Part shown: positions 44,846 to 54,227 of the stretch, in pieces | How positions within the stretch are numbered: the first letter of the stretch is position 1 | Layout of the letters: each line of letters starts with the position of its first letter | Program-made: the position numbers and the translations under genes | Source: Longimicrobium sp. | Lineage (GTDB): Bacteria; Gemmatimonadota; Gemmatimonadetes; Longimicrobiales; Longimicrobiaceae | DNA length: 64,000 nt | Assembly (NCBI GenBank): GCA_036389135.1 | Contig: DASVQP010000048.1 | Span: 58,399-122,398, forward strand | Direction: 5' to 3' | Notes under the pieces: generated by a model | Database searches by the model: none | What the model was told of the DNA's origin: nothing | Seen by the model: the letters and a program-made list of their open reading frames with translations, nothing else

Positions 44846-46201
44846 ATGCTACGTCGTATCGGCCCGTGCAGGACCTTCCTGCTCGCCGCGCTCGTGCTGG
44901 GCCTCGCGGCATGCGACGACGAGTCGCCCACCCTTTCCGGCACCGAGATCTTCGGCGGCAACAGCCCCACGCGAGAGGTGATCGTGCCGGCCGGCGCCGC
45001 CTTCCGGCCGCTGGGCGTGTTCACCGGCTACAGCGCCCCCAGCGGGGTGGTGTACTCGGTGGTCGCCAACCGCTTCGCGGGCGAGCTGAGCGCCAACGCG
45101 CTGTACCGCAGCGCGGCGGCCTTCCCGCGCTCGGTGACCTTTACGCAGGACAACGTCAACCGCACGGACACGCTCCCCCGCTTCGTCTCCGGCGAGCTGG
45201 TGCTGCGCGTGGACTCGGCGCTCTCCACCGCCGGGCCGGTGACGCTCCAGGTCTTCCGCCTGGCGCAGGATTGGGACGCCACCACCGCGACGTGGGAGCT
45301 CGCCTCCGACACGGGCGGCGTGCGCACCCCGTGGCGGACGCCGGGGGGCACGCGCGGCGCGCTCCTGGCGCAGGCGGAGTACACGGTGGGCGCCGCCGGC
45401 GACTCGGTGGTGATCGCGCTGGACTCGGCGGACGTCGCCGCGCTGCGCGACAGCACCGGCTTCGGCTTCACGGTGGGCGCCGCGCAGGCGGGGGCGCGGG
45501 TGCAGATCCGCGCCATCCCCACGCTCCGCGCGGGCGTGCGCCCCTCCAACGCGGTCCGCGACACCGTCGTGCAGACGACGATCCCCATCGAGACGCAGCC
45601 CAACACCTTCGTCTTCACCCCGGAGCCGCCGCAGCCGGCGGGGATGCTGGCGGCGGGCGGCATCCGCTCCGCGCGCTCGCTCTTCCACTTCGAGCTGCCG
45701 GACTCGGTCACCGGGTGCGCCGCGGGCGGCGGGTCGTGCCAGCGCGTGGCGCTGCGCGACGTGCAGCTCAACCGCGTGTCGCTGCTGCTGCGCCGCTCTC
45801 CGGTCTCGGCCGCATTCGCGCCGCTGGACTCGGCGATCGTCTCCATCTACACCATCACCGAGCCGGAGCTGGGGCGGCGAGCTCCGCTGGGACAGCCGGT
45901 GCTGGACCCCAACGAACGGGTGAGGTTCGCCAACCAGAGCGGCTTCCTGGCGCCGCAGAGCGCGGCGGCATTCGCGCCGGCCGACTCGCTGGTGGAGCTG
46001 AACATCACCGCCTTCGCCACCAGCGCGGCCCGCGGCGACACGGTGCCCATGGACTTCGCGCTGCTGGGCGGCCCGCTGGTGGGGATCCCGTCGGTGCGCC
46101 CCAACGGCCAGATCTACGACACCTTTGGCCTCGTGGCCTTCCTGCCGGAGCCGCGGCTTCGCATCGTCTACACACTGCCGGTACGGAGCGAGCTGCCATG
46201 A
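44846..46201 (+). CDS. hypothetical lipoprotein (451 aa)
   Basis: Lipobox in MLRRIGPCRTFLLAALVLGLAAC and coding-like composition. Confidence 0.7.
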   Translation: MLRRIGPCRTFLLAALVLGLAACDDESPTLSGTEIFGGNSPTREVIVPAGAAFRPLGVFTGYSAPSGVVYSVVANRFAGELSANALYRSAAAFPRSVTFTQDNVNRTDTLPRFVSGELVLRVDSALSTAGPVTLQVFRLAQDWDATTATWELASDTGGVRTPWRTPGGTRGALLAQAEYTVGAAGDSVVIALDSADVAALRDSTGFGFTVGAAQAGARVQIRAIPTLRAGVRPSNAVRDTVVQTTIPIETQPNTFVFTPEPPQPAGMLAAGGIRSARSLFHFELPDSVTGCAAGGGSCQRVALRDVQLNRVSLLLRRSPVSAAFAPLDSAIVSIYTITEPELGRRAPLGQPVLDPNERVRFANQSGFLAPQSAAAFAPADSLVELNITAFATSAARGDTVPMDFALLGGPLVGIPSVRPNGQIYDTFGLVAFLPEPRLRIVYTLPVRSELP

Positions 46202-47358
46202 GCCGCGCCTTTCGCCTCGGGGCCCTCGCGGCCCTGGCCTTCGCCGTACACGCGGGCGGCGCCCAGGCGCAGTCGGTGCTCTCCTCCCGCGGGCTGGGGT
46301 ACCCCCTGGAGCCGGTGGACGCGCGCGCCCGTGGGCTGGGCGGCGTTGCGCTGGGCCTTCCGGAGGCCACCTTCTCGCTGGTGAACCCCGCCGGGCCGGT
46401 GGGGCTCGCCACGGCCGCCATCTCGGTGACCTTCCAGCCGGACCAGTACGACGCCACCGCGGGAACGCAGGCCACCAGCGGCACCACGGCGCGTTTTCCC
46501 GCCGTGCAGGCCGTCTTCCAGCCGCGCCCCCGCTTCACCCTGATGGCGGGGTACGGCGCGTTCCTGGACCAGAACTACCGCGCCACCCGCAGCGACACGA
46601 TCACGCTGAGCACGGGACGCGTCGCGGTGGAGGAGCGCTTCCGTTCGCAGGGCGCCATCGCGCGCTTCCGCGGCGGGATCGGCTACCGTGCCGGGCCGCG
46701 TTTCGCGGTGGGGCTGGCGGTGGACGCCTTTACCGGAGCCGTGCGCGACACCAGCCAGCGCTTCGTGGAGGGGCTGAACGCGGCCGTCAGCGCCACCACG
46801 ATCACCTACACCGGCACCGGCATCTCCGCGGGGATGCGCTGGATGCCGGTGGAGGCGCTCAGCTTTGCGGCGGCCGTGTCGGGCGGCGGGAAGCTGAACG
46901 CCAGCCCCAACGACTCGACGGTGGCGGAGAAGGACTACTCGCTTCCCGTCACCCTGGACGTGGGCGCCAGCGCCCGCGTGACGGGCAACATGCTGCTTGC
47001 GGCCTCCGGCCGGTGGGCGGGATGGGGCGCGGCCGACGACGACATCACCAACCGCGGCGGCGCGCGCGACGCGCTGAACCTCGCGGGCGGGCTGGAGTAC
47101 GACGGCTTCACCCTCCTGGGCCAGACGCTTCCGCTGCGGCTGGGTGCCCGCATGGCGCGCCTCCCCTTCCGCTGGGACGGCGCGGACTCGGCCTTCCCTG
47201 ACGAGCGCGCCCTTACCGCCGGCATCGGCGCGCGCCTCGGCCGCGGCGCGGCGATGCTGGACGCGGCGGTGGAGCGCGGCACCCGTGGCGGCGACGCGGC
47301 GGGCTTCGAGGAGCCTTTCTGGCGCGGCTCCGTCTCGGTGACGCTCTTCGCCCGCTGA
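46198..47358 (+). CDS. putative outer-membrane beta-barrel protein (386 aa)
   Basis: The ATG overlaps the upstream stop as ATGA. Signal peptide MSRAFRLGALAALAFAVHAGGAQAQ and alternating beta-strand pattern. The upstream part of the 1119-aa track ORF is junk. Confidence 0.65.
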   Translation: MSRAFRLGALAALAFAVHAGGAQAQSVLSSRGLGYPLEPVDARARGLGGVALGLPEATFSLVNPAGPVGLATAAISVTFQPDQYDATAGTQATSGTTARFPAVQAVFQPRPRFTLMAGYGAFLDQNYRATRSDTITLSTGRVAVEERFRSQGAIARFRGGIGYRAGPRFAVGLAVDAFTGAVRDTSQRFVEGLNAAVSATTITYTGTGISAGMRWMPVEALSFAAAVSGGGKLNASPNDSTVAEKDYSLPVTLDVGASARVTGNMLLAASGRWAGWGAADDDITNRGGARDALNLAGGLEYDGFTLLGQTLPLRLGARMARLPFRWDGADSAFPDERALTAGIGARLGRGAAMLDAAVERGTRGGDAAGFEEPFWRGSVSVTLFAR

Positions 47359-47394
47359 CCCACTCCACGCGACGCGGCCCGGTGTCTTTACGGC

Positions 47395-47700
47395 GCCGGG
47401 CCGCGTTGGCGTTGCGGGGGGCGGGGCGCTGGGCAATGGGTGGCAACCGAGCGGGTCCGGCGGTTGAAACCGCTGCAACAACCGCGGGAAACCTGCCTTC
47501 GCAGGTTCGGGGGGCGGGGTTGGTAGGGGGCGGCGGGCACCCTGGCAGGCCCCGGCGCCGCAACACCGGGGGATGAATCCCCCGGCTGGAACCACGGGAA
47601 GGCGGCTGAAGCCGGCTCGTGCACGCCGGCATCTGACCCGGAGTCCGCGCAGGCGGACTTTGTGCTGTTGTAGCCGCGAGTTCACTCGCCGCGAAAGCCA
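47395..47700. repeat. array of short REP-like hairpins
   Basis: Consecutive stem-loops: GCGGTT-GA-AACCGC, AACCTGC-CTTC-GCAGGTT, CCGGGGGAT-GA-ATCCCCCGG, AGTCCGC-GCA-GGCGGACT and GCGAGT-TC-ACTCGC. Confidence 0.8.
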
Positions 47701-47716
47701 CGACCCACCACCCACC

Positions 47717-48385
47717 ATGACCGCACCAACGGACCCGCGGGGCCTGTTCCTTGCCTTCGAAGGGGTGGAAGGCTCCGGCAAGACCACGCAGGTCCGCCTG
47801 CTCTCCGAGCTGCTCGCGGCGCGGGGGCGTGAGCCGGTGGTGGCGCGCGAGCCGGGGTCCACGCCGCTCGGCGAAAGGGTGCGCGCCACCGTGCTCGCGG
47901 ACCTGGAGCTGGCCGTGCCCGCGCGGAGCGAGCTGTTCCTGATGCTGGCGGCGCGGGCGGCGTTCGTGGACCAGGTGGTGCGCCCCGCGCTGGCAGGCGG
48001 GCGGGTGGTAATCGCGGACCGGTTCGAGCTCTCCACCCTGGCCTACCAGGGCGGCGGGCGCGGGCTGCCGGCCGACGAGATCGCCGAATGCAACCGGATC
48101 GCCACCGGCGGCGTATCTCCTCATGCCACCATCCTCCTGGAGCTCGACCCCGAGGAGGGCGCGCGGCGGCAGAGGTCGGCCGGGATGGACCCCGACCGGA
48201 TGGAAAGCGCCGGGGCCGAGTTCCACGCCCGCGTGGCCGCCGCGTACCGCGAGATGGCAGGCCGCGTGGCAGGAGTCGTGCGGGTGGACGCGGGAGCGCC
48301 GCCGGCCGAGGTCCACGCGAGAGTGGTGGCCGCGCTCGCCACCCGCTTTCCGGAAACCTTTCCGGCAGGCGGGTTTACAATCTAG
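47717..48385 (+). CDS. tmk: thymidylate kinase
   Basis: P-loop FEGVEGSGKTTQ and the DRF motif (IADRFELST). ATG at 47717. Confidence 0.9.
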   Translation: MTAPTDPRGLFLAFEGVEGSGKTTQVRLLSELLAARGREPVVAREPGSTPLGERVRATVLADLELAVPARSELFLMLAARAAFVDQVVRPALAGGRVVIADRFELSTLAYQGGGRGLPADEIAECNRIATGGVSPHATILLELDPEEGARRQRSAGMDPDRMESAGAEFHARVAAAYREMAGRVAGVVRVDAGAPPAEVHARVVAALATRFPETFPAGGFTI

Positions 48386-48439
48386 CAGCACCAGCCGCGC
48401 TTTCCCCGCGGCCTCCCCGCACCGCTCTTCGGAGGCGGA

Positions 48440-50083
48440 ATGAAGCTCCATCGCACCATTGTCGCCCCCGCGCTGGTGGCGGGCGTCGCACTCGTATCCG
48501 GCGGCTGGCTCCTGCAGCAGGGCAGCCGCGAGGACAGCGTCTTCCAGCGCGCGCAGCTCTTTGACGAAGTCGTGCGCTACGTACAGACGCGCTACGTGGA
48601 CCCGCAGCCCGCTTCGGAGCTGTACCAGAAGGCCATCAAGGGGATGCTGCGGGAGCTGGGCGACCCGCACACCACCTTCATGTCCGCCGAGGAGTACGCG
48701 CAGCTCCACCTCGCCACGAGCGGCGAGTACGCGGGGGTGGGGATCCAGATCGCGCCGCGCGACAACTACATCACCGCGGTGGGCGTCCTTCCCGGCACCC
48801 CGGCCGAGCGCGCCGGCGTGCGCGTGGGCGATCGCATGATCGAGATCGACGGGCAGGACGCGAAGGGGTGGAGCGACGAGAAGGCGGTCAAGGTGCTGCG
48901 CGGTCCCAAGGGATCGCCCGTCACCATCAAGGTGCTGCGCGTGGGCGTCGACGAGCCGGTCACCTTTCGCATCGTGCGCGACGAGATCCACGTGAAGTCG
49001 GTGCCGTACGCGTACATGGCGTCGCCGGGGGTGGGCTACGTCAACCTCACCGTCTTCGCGGAGACCTCCACCGACGAGATCCGCGCGGCCATCACCCGCC
49101 TCAAGGGCGAGGGGATGAAGTCGCTGGTGCTGGACCTGCGCAACAACCCGGGCGGCCTCCTCAACCAGGGCGTCTCGGTGTCGGACCTCTTCCTGAAGTC
49201 CGGCCAGGCGATCGTGGAGACCCGCGCCCGCGACCCGCGCGAGAGCGAGACCTTCCGCGCCCGCGACGACGCGTCGTATCCCGAGCTGCCGGTGGTCGTG
49301 CTGGTGGACGAGTACTCGGCCAGCGCCGCGGAGATCGTGGCCGGCGCGCTGCAGGACCACGACCGCGCGCTGGTGGTGGGGAGCCCCACGTACGGCAAGG
49401 GCTCGGTGCAGTCGCTCTTCCCGCTCTCGGGGGGCAACTTCCTCAAGATGACCACCGCCAAGTGGTACACTCCGGTGGGGCGCTCCATCCAGAAGGAGCA
49501 CGAGGAGGACGAGGACGGCCTGGCCGCCGAGGACACGGCCGAGGTGAGCCGCTCGGGAACGCCGATGCTGCAGGACACGGCCAAGCGGCAGCCCTTCCGC
49601 ACGGATGGCGGGCGCACGGTGTTCGGCGGCGGCGGCATCGTGCCGGACCTGGAGCTGAAGCAGGACTCGGCCACCGCGGTGGAGCGGGACTTCTTCCGCG
49701 CCCTGGCCAAGGACCTGGGGAAGTGGGAGAGCGAGCTGCTGCGCTACGCGGTGGAGTACGGCCGCAGCACGCCGGGGCTCACCCCCGACTTCCAGGTGTC
49801 GCCGGCCATGCGCAACACCCTCTTCGAGCGGATCGCCCGCGCCGGGATCGGGGTGACGCGCGCCCAGTACGACGCCGCGCAGCGCTACGTGGACCTTCGC
49901 CTGGTGAACGCCATCGCGCGGGCGCGCTTCGGCGAGAGCGTGGCGGCCCAGCGCAACGACGCCACCGACCGCGTGCTGCAGGAGGCGCTGCGCCTGGCGA
50001 GGACCTCGCCCACGCAGGCGGCGCTCTTCCGCGCGGCCGAAGCGGCCCGCGGCAGGCAGCCCGCGACGGCCAGCCGGAGATAA
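48440..50083 (+). CDS. S41-family C-terminal processing peptidase
   Basis: N-terminal anchor, PDZ region (GVGIQI...GTPAERAGVRVGD), catalytic-region motifs EYSASAAEIVAGALQD and YGKGSVQ. Confidence 0.9.
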   Translation: MKLHRTIVAPALVAGVALVSGGWLLQQGSREDSVFQRAQLFDEVVRYVQTRYVDPQPASELYQKAIKGMLRELGDPHTTFMSAEEYAQLHLATSGEYAGVGIQIAPRDNYITAVGVLPGTPAERAGVRVGDRMIEIDGQDAKGWSDEKAVKVLRGPKGSPVTIKVLRVGVDEPVTFRIVRDEIHVKSVPYAYMASPGVGYVNLTVFAETSTDEIRAAITRLKGEGMKSLVLDLRNNPGGLLNQGVSVSDLFLKSGQAIVETRARDPRESETFRARDDASYPELPVVVLVDEYSASAAEIVAGALQDHDRALVVGSPTYGKGSVQSLFPLSGGNFLKMTTAKWYTPVGRSIQKEHEEDEDGLAAEDTAEVSRSGTPMLQDTAKRQPFRTDGGRTVFGGGGIVPDLELKQDSATAVERDFFRALAKDLGKWESELLRYAVEYGRSTPGLTPDFQVSPAMRNTLFERIARAGIGVTRAQYDAAQRYVDLRLVNAIARARFGESVAAQRNDATDRVLQEALRLARTSPTQAALFRAAEAARGRQPATASRR

Positions 50084-50212
50084 AGAGCGCCGGCAGGTAA
50101 AAGCGGCCAGCAGCGGGCAGGGGAGGAGGGGTGCCAAGGTGCCTCTCCTCCTTTATTTTACGGGTCCGCGGCGGAAACCCCCGCGGCGGTGTGTCCCCAG
50201 GGTCGAGCGGCG

Positions 50213-51223
50213 ATGACGGAAGCGGTGAGCGTGGTGGAGGTGGTGAGGAACGCGGTGCCGGAGAGCTGGCACCGCGTGCACGTGGCGGTGGTCGATGCGC
50301 GGGGGATGCTTCGCGCGTCCACCGGCGACCCGGAGCTGTGCACCTTCTTCCGCTCCTCGTCCAAGCCGATCCAGGCGCTCGCGCTGGTGGACGACGGCGC
50401 CGCCGAGCGCTTCGGCATCACCCCCGCGGAGCTGGCGCTCTGCTGCGGTTCGCACGCGGGGAGCGCGCGCCACGTGGCCGCCGCCGAGTCGATCCTGCTC
50501 AAGGCCGGGTGCACGGCCGAGGCGCTGGCGTGCGGGGCCCATCCGCCATTCGACGACCACACGCGGCACGAGCTGGAGGAGGCGGGTCTGGCACCGGGGC
50601 GGCTTCACAACAACTGCTCGGGGAAGCACGCGGGGATGCTCCTCCTGGCCCGCGCCCACGGCTGGGAGACGGACGGCTACCAGCGCGTGGGGCACCCCGT
50701 GCAGGGCCGCATGCTGGCCGAGGTGGCGCGCTGGGCGCAGGTGCCGCAGGAGGCGGTGGGGCTGGGGACGGACGGGTGCGGCGTGGTGACGTTCGCCCTG
50801 CCGCTGCGCCACATGGCGCTGGCGTACGCCGGCTTCGCGGCGGCGGCGCGCGCGGGCGAGCCCGGCCCCTCGCGCATCGTGGAGGCGATGACGGCGCACC
50901 CGGAGATGGTGGCCGGCGAGGGGCGCATCTGCACCGAGCTGACGCGCGTGGCGGGCGGCCGCGTCTTCGCCAAGATCGGCGCGGAGGGCGTCTACTGCGT
51001 CGGTGTACCCGGCGCGGAGCTGGGGATCGCGCTCAAGGTGGAGGATGGAGCCCAGCGCGCGGCCGGCCCCGCCATCATCGCCGTGCTGCGCGAGCTGGAC
51101 CTGATCTCGGAGGACGACCTGGGGCGTCTGCACACCTTCGTCTTCCCCGAGGTGGTGAACACGCGCGGCGAGACGGTGGGCCAGCTCCGCCCCCGCATCC
51201 ACCTCGCCACGCCGGATGCCTGA
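50213..51223 (+). CDS. asparaginase II-family protein
   Basis: FFRSSSKPIQALALV, CGSHAGS and NNCSGKHAGML motifs. Confidence 0.75.
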   Translation: MTEAVSVVEVVRNAVPESWHRVHVAVVDARGMLRASTGDPELCTFFRSSSKPIQALALVDDGAAERFGITPAELALCCGSHAGSARHVAAAESILLKAGCTAEALACGAHPPFDDHTRHELEEAGLAPGRLHNNCSGKHAGMLLLARAHGWETDGYQRVGHPVQGRMLAEVARWAQVPQEAVGLGTDGCGVVTFALPLRHMALAYAGFAAAARAGEPGPSRIVEAMTAHPEMVAGEGRICTELTRVAGGRVFAKIGAEGVYCVGVPGAELGIALKVEDGAQRAAGPAIIAVLRELDLISEDDLGRLHTFVFPEVVNTRGETVGQLRPRIHLATPDA

Positions 51224-51824
51224 CGCCGCCCTGCTGCGCCTGGCCGCATCGCTCGGCACGCGCGACTCCGCCGCCATCCGCGCGGCGATGGAGGGCGCTC
51301 TGGATGCCGATCCCGTCGCGGTCGAGGAGGTCCTCCTCCAGTCGCACCTCTTCGTCGGCTTTCCAGACGCGCTGAACGCGCTGGGGCTGTGGCGCGAGGT
51401 CAGCGGCCGCCCCGCATCCCCGTCGCTCGGCGAGGACGCGCGGGAGTGGGACGCGCGCGGAAAGGCGGTGTGCGCCGCCGTCTACGGCTCGAACTACGAG
51501 AAGCTGCGCGCCAACGTCCGCTCGCTGCACCCGGACGTGGACGGCTGGATGGTGACCGGCGGCTACGGACGCGTGATTGGCCGCCCGGGGCTGGACCTGG
51601 TGACGCGCGAGCTGTGCATCGCCGCGCTGCTGGCGGTGTGGAACGTGCCGCGCCAGCTCCACTCGCACCTGCGCGGCTCCCTCAACGCCGGCGCGACCGC
51701 CGAGCAGGTGGACGAAGCCGTCGAGGCGGCGTGCGCGTTTCTCGATGACGACCGCGCGGAAGAGGTCCGCGCGCTGTGGGGCGCGATCCGGCGGCCCTCA
51801 CCCCCCGGCCCCCTCTCCCGATGA
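51216..51824 (+). CDS. carboxymuconolactone decarboxylase (AhpD-like) family protein
   Basis: The helical CMD-type region RELCIAALLAVWNVPRQLHSHLRGSLNAGAT. It overlaps the upstream gene by 8 nt. Confidence 0.55.
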   Translation: MPDAALLRLAASLGTRDSAAIRAAMEGALDADPVAVEEVLLQSHLFVGFPDALNALGLWREVSGRPASPSLGEDAREWDARGKAVCAAVYGSNYEKLRANVRSLHPDVDGWMVTGGYGRVIGRPGLDLVTRELCIAALLAVWNVPRQLHSHLRGSLNAGATAEQVDEAVEAACAFLDDDRAEEVRALWGAIRRPSPPGPLSR

Positions 51825-51890
51825 CAGGAGAGGGCGCCCCTCTCGTTGTCGGGAGAGGGGGAGCACTGCAACTACGAGGGGCTCGAATGC

Positions 51891-51921
51891 CCCTAATCCC
51901 TAATCCCTAATCCCTAATCCC
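51891..51921 (+). repeat. tandem heptamer (CCCTAAT) x4 plus a partial unit
   Basis: ccctaat occurs at 51891, 51898, 51905 and 51912, followed by ccc. It ends one base before the obg start codon. Confidence 0.95.
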
Positions 51922-52950
51922 TTGTTTTTAGATCACGCGACGATCCAGGTAAAGGCCGGCGACGGCGGTGGCGGCGAGGTGTCGTTCCGGCGCGAGACGG
52001 GGGTGCCGCACGGCGGGCCCAACGGCGGCAACGGCGGCAAGGGCGGCGACATCATCCTGCGGGCCGATCCGCAGCTCACCACGTTGATGGACTACCGCTA
52101 CCAGCAGCACTACAAGGCGCAGCCCGGCGCGCGCGGCCAGGGCTACGACCGCACAGGGCGCGACGGCGAGCCGCTCATCCTGCGCGTGCCCCTGGGCACC
52201 GTGGTCAAGGATGACGAGACGGAGGAGCTGCTGGGCGAGCTGCTGACCCCCGGCGACGAGGTGGTGGTGGCGAAGGGCGGCCGCGGCGGGCGAGGCAACG
52301 CGGCCTTCGCGACGGCCACCAACCAGGCGCCCCGCCGCGCCGATCCGGGCGCGGAGGGCGACGAGCGCCGAATCGTGCTCGAGCTGAAGCTGATCGCCGA
52401 CGTGGGGCTGGTGGGGGAGCCGAACGCGGGGAAGTCGACCTTCCTCTCCGCCGTCTCGGCCGCTACGCCGAAGATCGCGGACTACCCGTTCACCACGCTC
52501 ACCCCCAACCTGGGCGTGGTGACGCTGAGCGACCACCGCTCGTTCGTCGTCGCGGACATCCCGGGGATCATCGAGGGGGCGCACGAGGGGAAGGGGCTGG
52601 GGCACCAGTTCCTGCGCCACATCGAGCGCACCCGCACGCTGGCGATCCTGATCCCCGCCGACGCGCTGGAGCCGCAGACGGAGTACGACCGCCTCCGCGA
52701 GGAGCTCTCGCGATATTCGGAGGAGCTCGCCGCAAAGCAGCACTGCGTCGTCTTCAGCAAGGCCGACCTGCTTCCGCCCGAGTGGGAGCAGCCGCGGGTG
52801 GATGCGCCCGAGGCGTGGGGGCAGTTCGTGATCTCGTCCGTCGCGCGTCGCGGGTTGGATGCGCTTCTCGAAGGGTTGTGGACGCACGCCGCGCGCGTGG
52901 TGGCCGAAGAAATCGCCGCGGGCGAAGAGCCCGAGCCCTGGCGCCCCTGA
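51922..52950 (+). CDS. obgE: GTPase Obg/CgtA
   Basis: N-terminal FLDHATIQVKAGDGGGG (glycine-rich Obg fold), G1 GEPNAGKST, G3 DIPG. TTG is the only start candidate after the in-frame stop at 51901. Confidence 0.92.
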   Translation: MFLDHATIQVKAGDGGGGEVSFRRETGVPHGGPNGGNGGKGGDIILRADPQLTTLMDYRYQQHYKAQPGARGQGYDRTGRDGEPLILRVPLGTVVKDDETEELLGELLTPGDEVVVAKGGRGGRGNAAFATATNQAPRRADPGAEGDERRIVLELKLIADVGLVGEPNAGKSTFLSAVSAATPKIADYPFTTLTPNLGVVTLSDHRSFVVADIPGIIEGAHEGKGLGHQFLRHIERTRTLAILIPADALEPQTEYDRLREELSRYSEELAAKQHCVVFSKADLLPPEWEQPRVDAPEAWGQFVISSVARRGLDALLEGLWTHAARVVAEEIAAGEEPEPWRP

Positions 52951-52957
52951 CGCACGC

Positions 52958-54067
52958 ATGCCGCTCGATCCCGCCGCGCTGGAGCCGCTCCTCCGGCTGG
53001 CCGTGGTCCCGCGCATCGGGCCCGGCCGCATCGGCACCCTCCTGGCCCGCTTCGGCACGGCGGAGCGCGCGCTGAACGCATCCGTCACGGCCATCGCGGC
53101 GCTCCCCGGCTTCGGCGCGGAGATGGCGCGCCGCGTGGCGGAGGCGGGGACGCCGGCGGGGCGCGAGCGGGCCCGCTACGCGCAGCAGCTGATGGACCGC
53201 GTCGGCGCCGTCGCCATCACGCTGGACGACGCCGCTTACCCGGCCGCCTTCCGCCTCCTTCCCGATGCGCCGTTCCTGTTGTTCGCCAGCGGCCGGCTGG
53301 ATCTGCTGGGAACGGCCGGGATCGGCGTGGTCGGCACCCGCGCGCCCACGCCGTACGGGCGCCAGGCCGCCTCGTCGCTGGCGGCGGACCTGGTGCGCGC
53401 CGGCTACGCCATCATCAGCGGGATGGCGAAGGGGATCGACGCCGCCGCGCACGCCGCCGCCCTCGACGCGGGCGGGGCGACGGTAGGCGTGCTGGGGCAG
53501 GGGATCGACCGCGTCTATCCGCCCGAGAACCACCGCCTCTTCGGCCGCATGCGCGAGCGCGGCCTCCTCGTCACCGAGCTCGCTCCCGGCGAGGACCCCA
53601 ACGCCGGCAACTTCCCCCGCCGGAACCGCCTCATCGCGGCGCTCAGCGACGGCGTGCTCGTGGTGGAGATGGGCGAGCGGAGCGGCGCGCGACACACGGT
53701 GGAGTACACGCTGGAGCTGGGGCGCGAGGTCTTCGCCGTCCCGGGCCCCATCGGCTCGGCGGCGAGCGCGGGCACCAACCAGCTCCTCAAGGAAGGCGCC
53801 CGCCTCGTCACCTCCGCGCACGACATCCTCGAAGAGCTGCGCGGCGTCGGTCACGCCACCCCCGTTGCTCCACCTCCCGCGCCGCCCCCCGATCTCCCGC
53901 CGCAGGAGGCGGCCGTCTTCGCCCTCCTCCACGGTGAGCCCCGCCACGTCGACGAGCTCGCCACCGCCGCCGCGCTCCCGACCGGCGCCCTACTGACAGC
54001 GCTCCTCTCCCTCGAGCTGCGAGACCTCGCGGAATCGCTCCCCGGCAAGCAGTTCCGCCGCCGCTGA
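52958..54067 (+). CDS. dprA: DNA-processing protein DprA
   Basis: VVGTRAPTPYG and SGMAKGIDAAAHAAAL motifs, with a C-terminal winged-helix-like tail. Confidence 0.88.
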   Translation: MPLDPAALEPLLRLAVVPRIGPGRIGTLLARFGTAERALNASVTAIAALPGFGAEMARRVAEAGTPAGRERARYAQQLMDRVGAVAITLDDAAYPAAFRLLPDAPFLLFASGRLDLLGTAGIGVVGTRAPTPYGRQAASSLAADLVRAGYAIISGMAKGIDAAAHAAALDAGGATVGVLGQGIDRVYPPENHRLFGRMRERGLLVTELAPGEDPNAGNFPRRNRLIAALSDGVLVVEMGERSGARHTVEYTLELGREVFAVPGPIGSAASAGTNQLLKEGARLVTSAHDILEELRGVGHATPVAPPPAPPPDLPPQEAAVFALLHGEPRHVDELATAAALPTGALLTALLSLELRDLAESLPGKQFRRR

Positions 54068-54073
54068 AAAGCA

Positions 54074-54158
54074 TCACACAGAGAACACGGAGGGGAACTG
54101 CAAGCCGCAGAGAACCCCTTTCTGTTCTCTTTCCGTACCCTCTGTGGCTCTGTGTGAG
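54074..54158. repeat. CACAGAG-family palindromic element
   Basis: tcacacagagaacacggaggggaac ... ccgtaccctctgtggctctgtgtgagc, directly after the dprA stop. Confidence 0.85.
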
Positions 54159-54227
54159 CCCCTTCCCGCGCGGAACGTCCGGCTGGCTGCGGTGTCCCTG
54201 AGGTCCACCCGTCGCAAGGAGTGATCG

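Noticed and set aside
47213-50137. 974-aa minus-strand ORF; likewise 55748-58090 (780 aa), 46168-48036 and 25450-27138
   Set aside because: They are antisense to well-supported tmk and S41 peptidase, hrcA and dnaJ, and the antiporter genes. Composition is Arg/Ala/Gly-dominated.
51891-51921. Telomere-like repeat (CCCTAAT resembles the CCCTAA/CCCTAAA telomere units)
   Set aside because: Only about 4.5 units are present. They are internal to a gene-dense bacterial region and the unit differs from known telomere repeats. I treat it as a simple tandem repeat.
27133-54158. The recurring CACAGAG elements as a CRISPR array
   Set aside because: The copies are many kilobases apart, each is itself palindromic, there are no regularly spaced unique spacers, and no cas genes are present.
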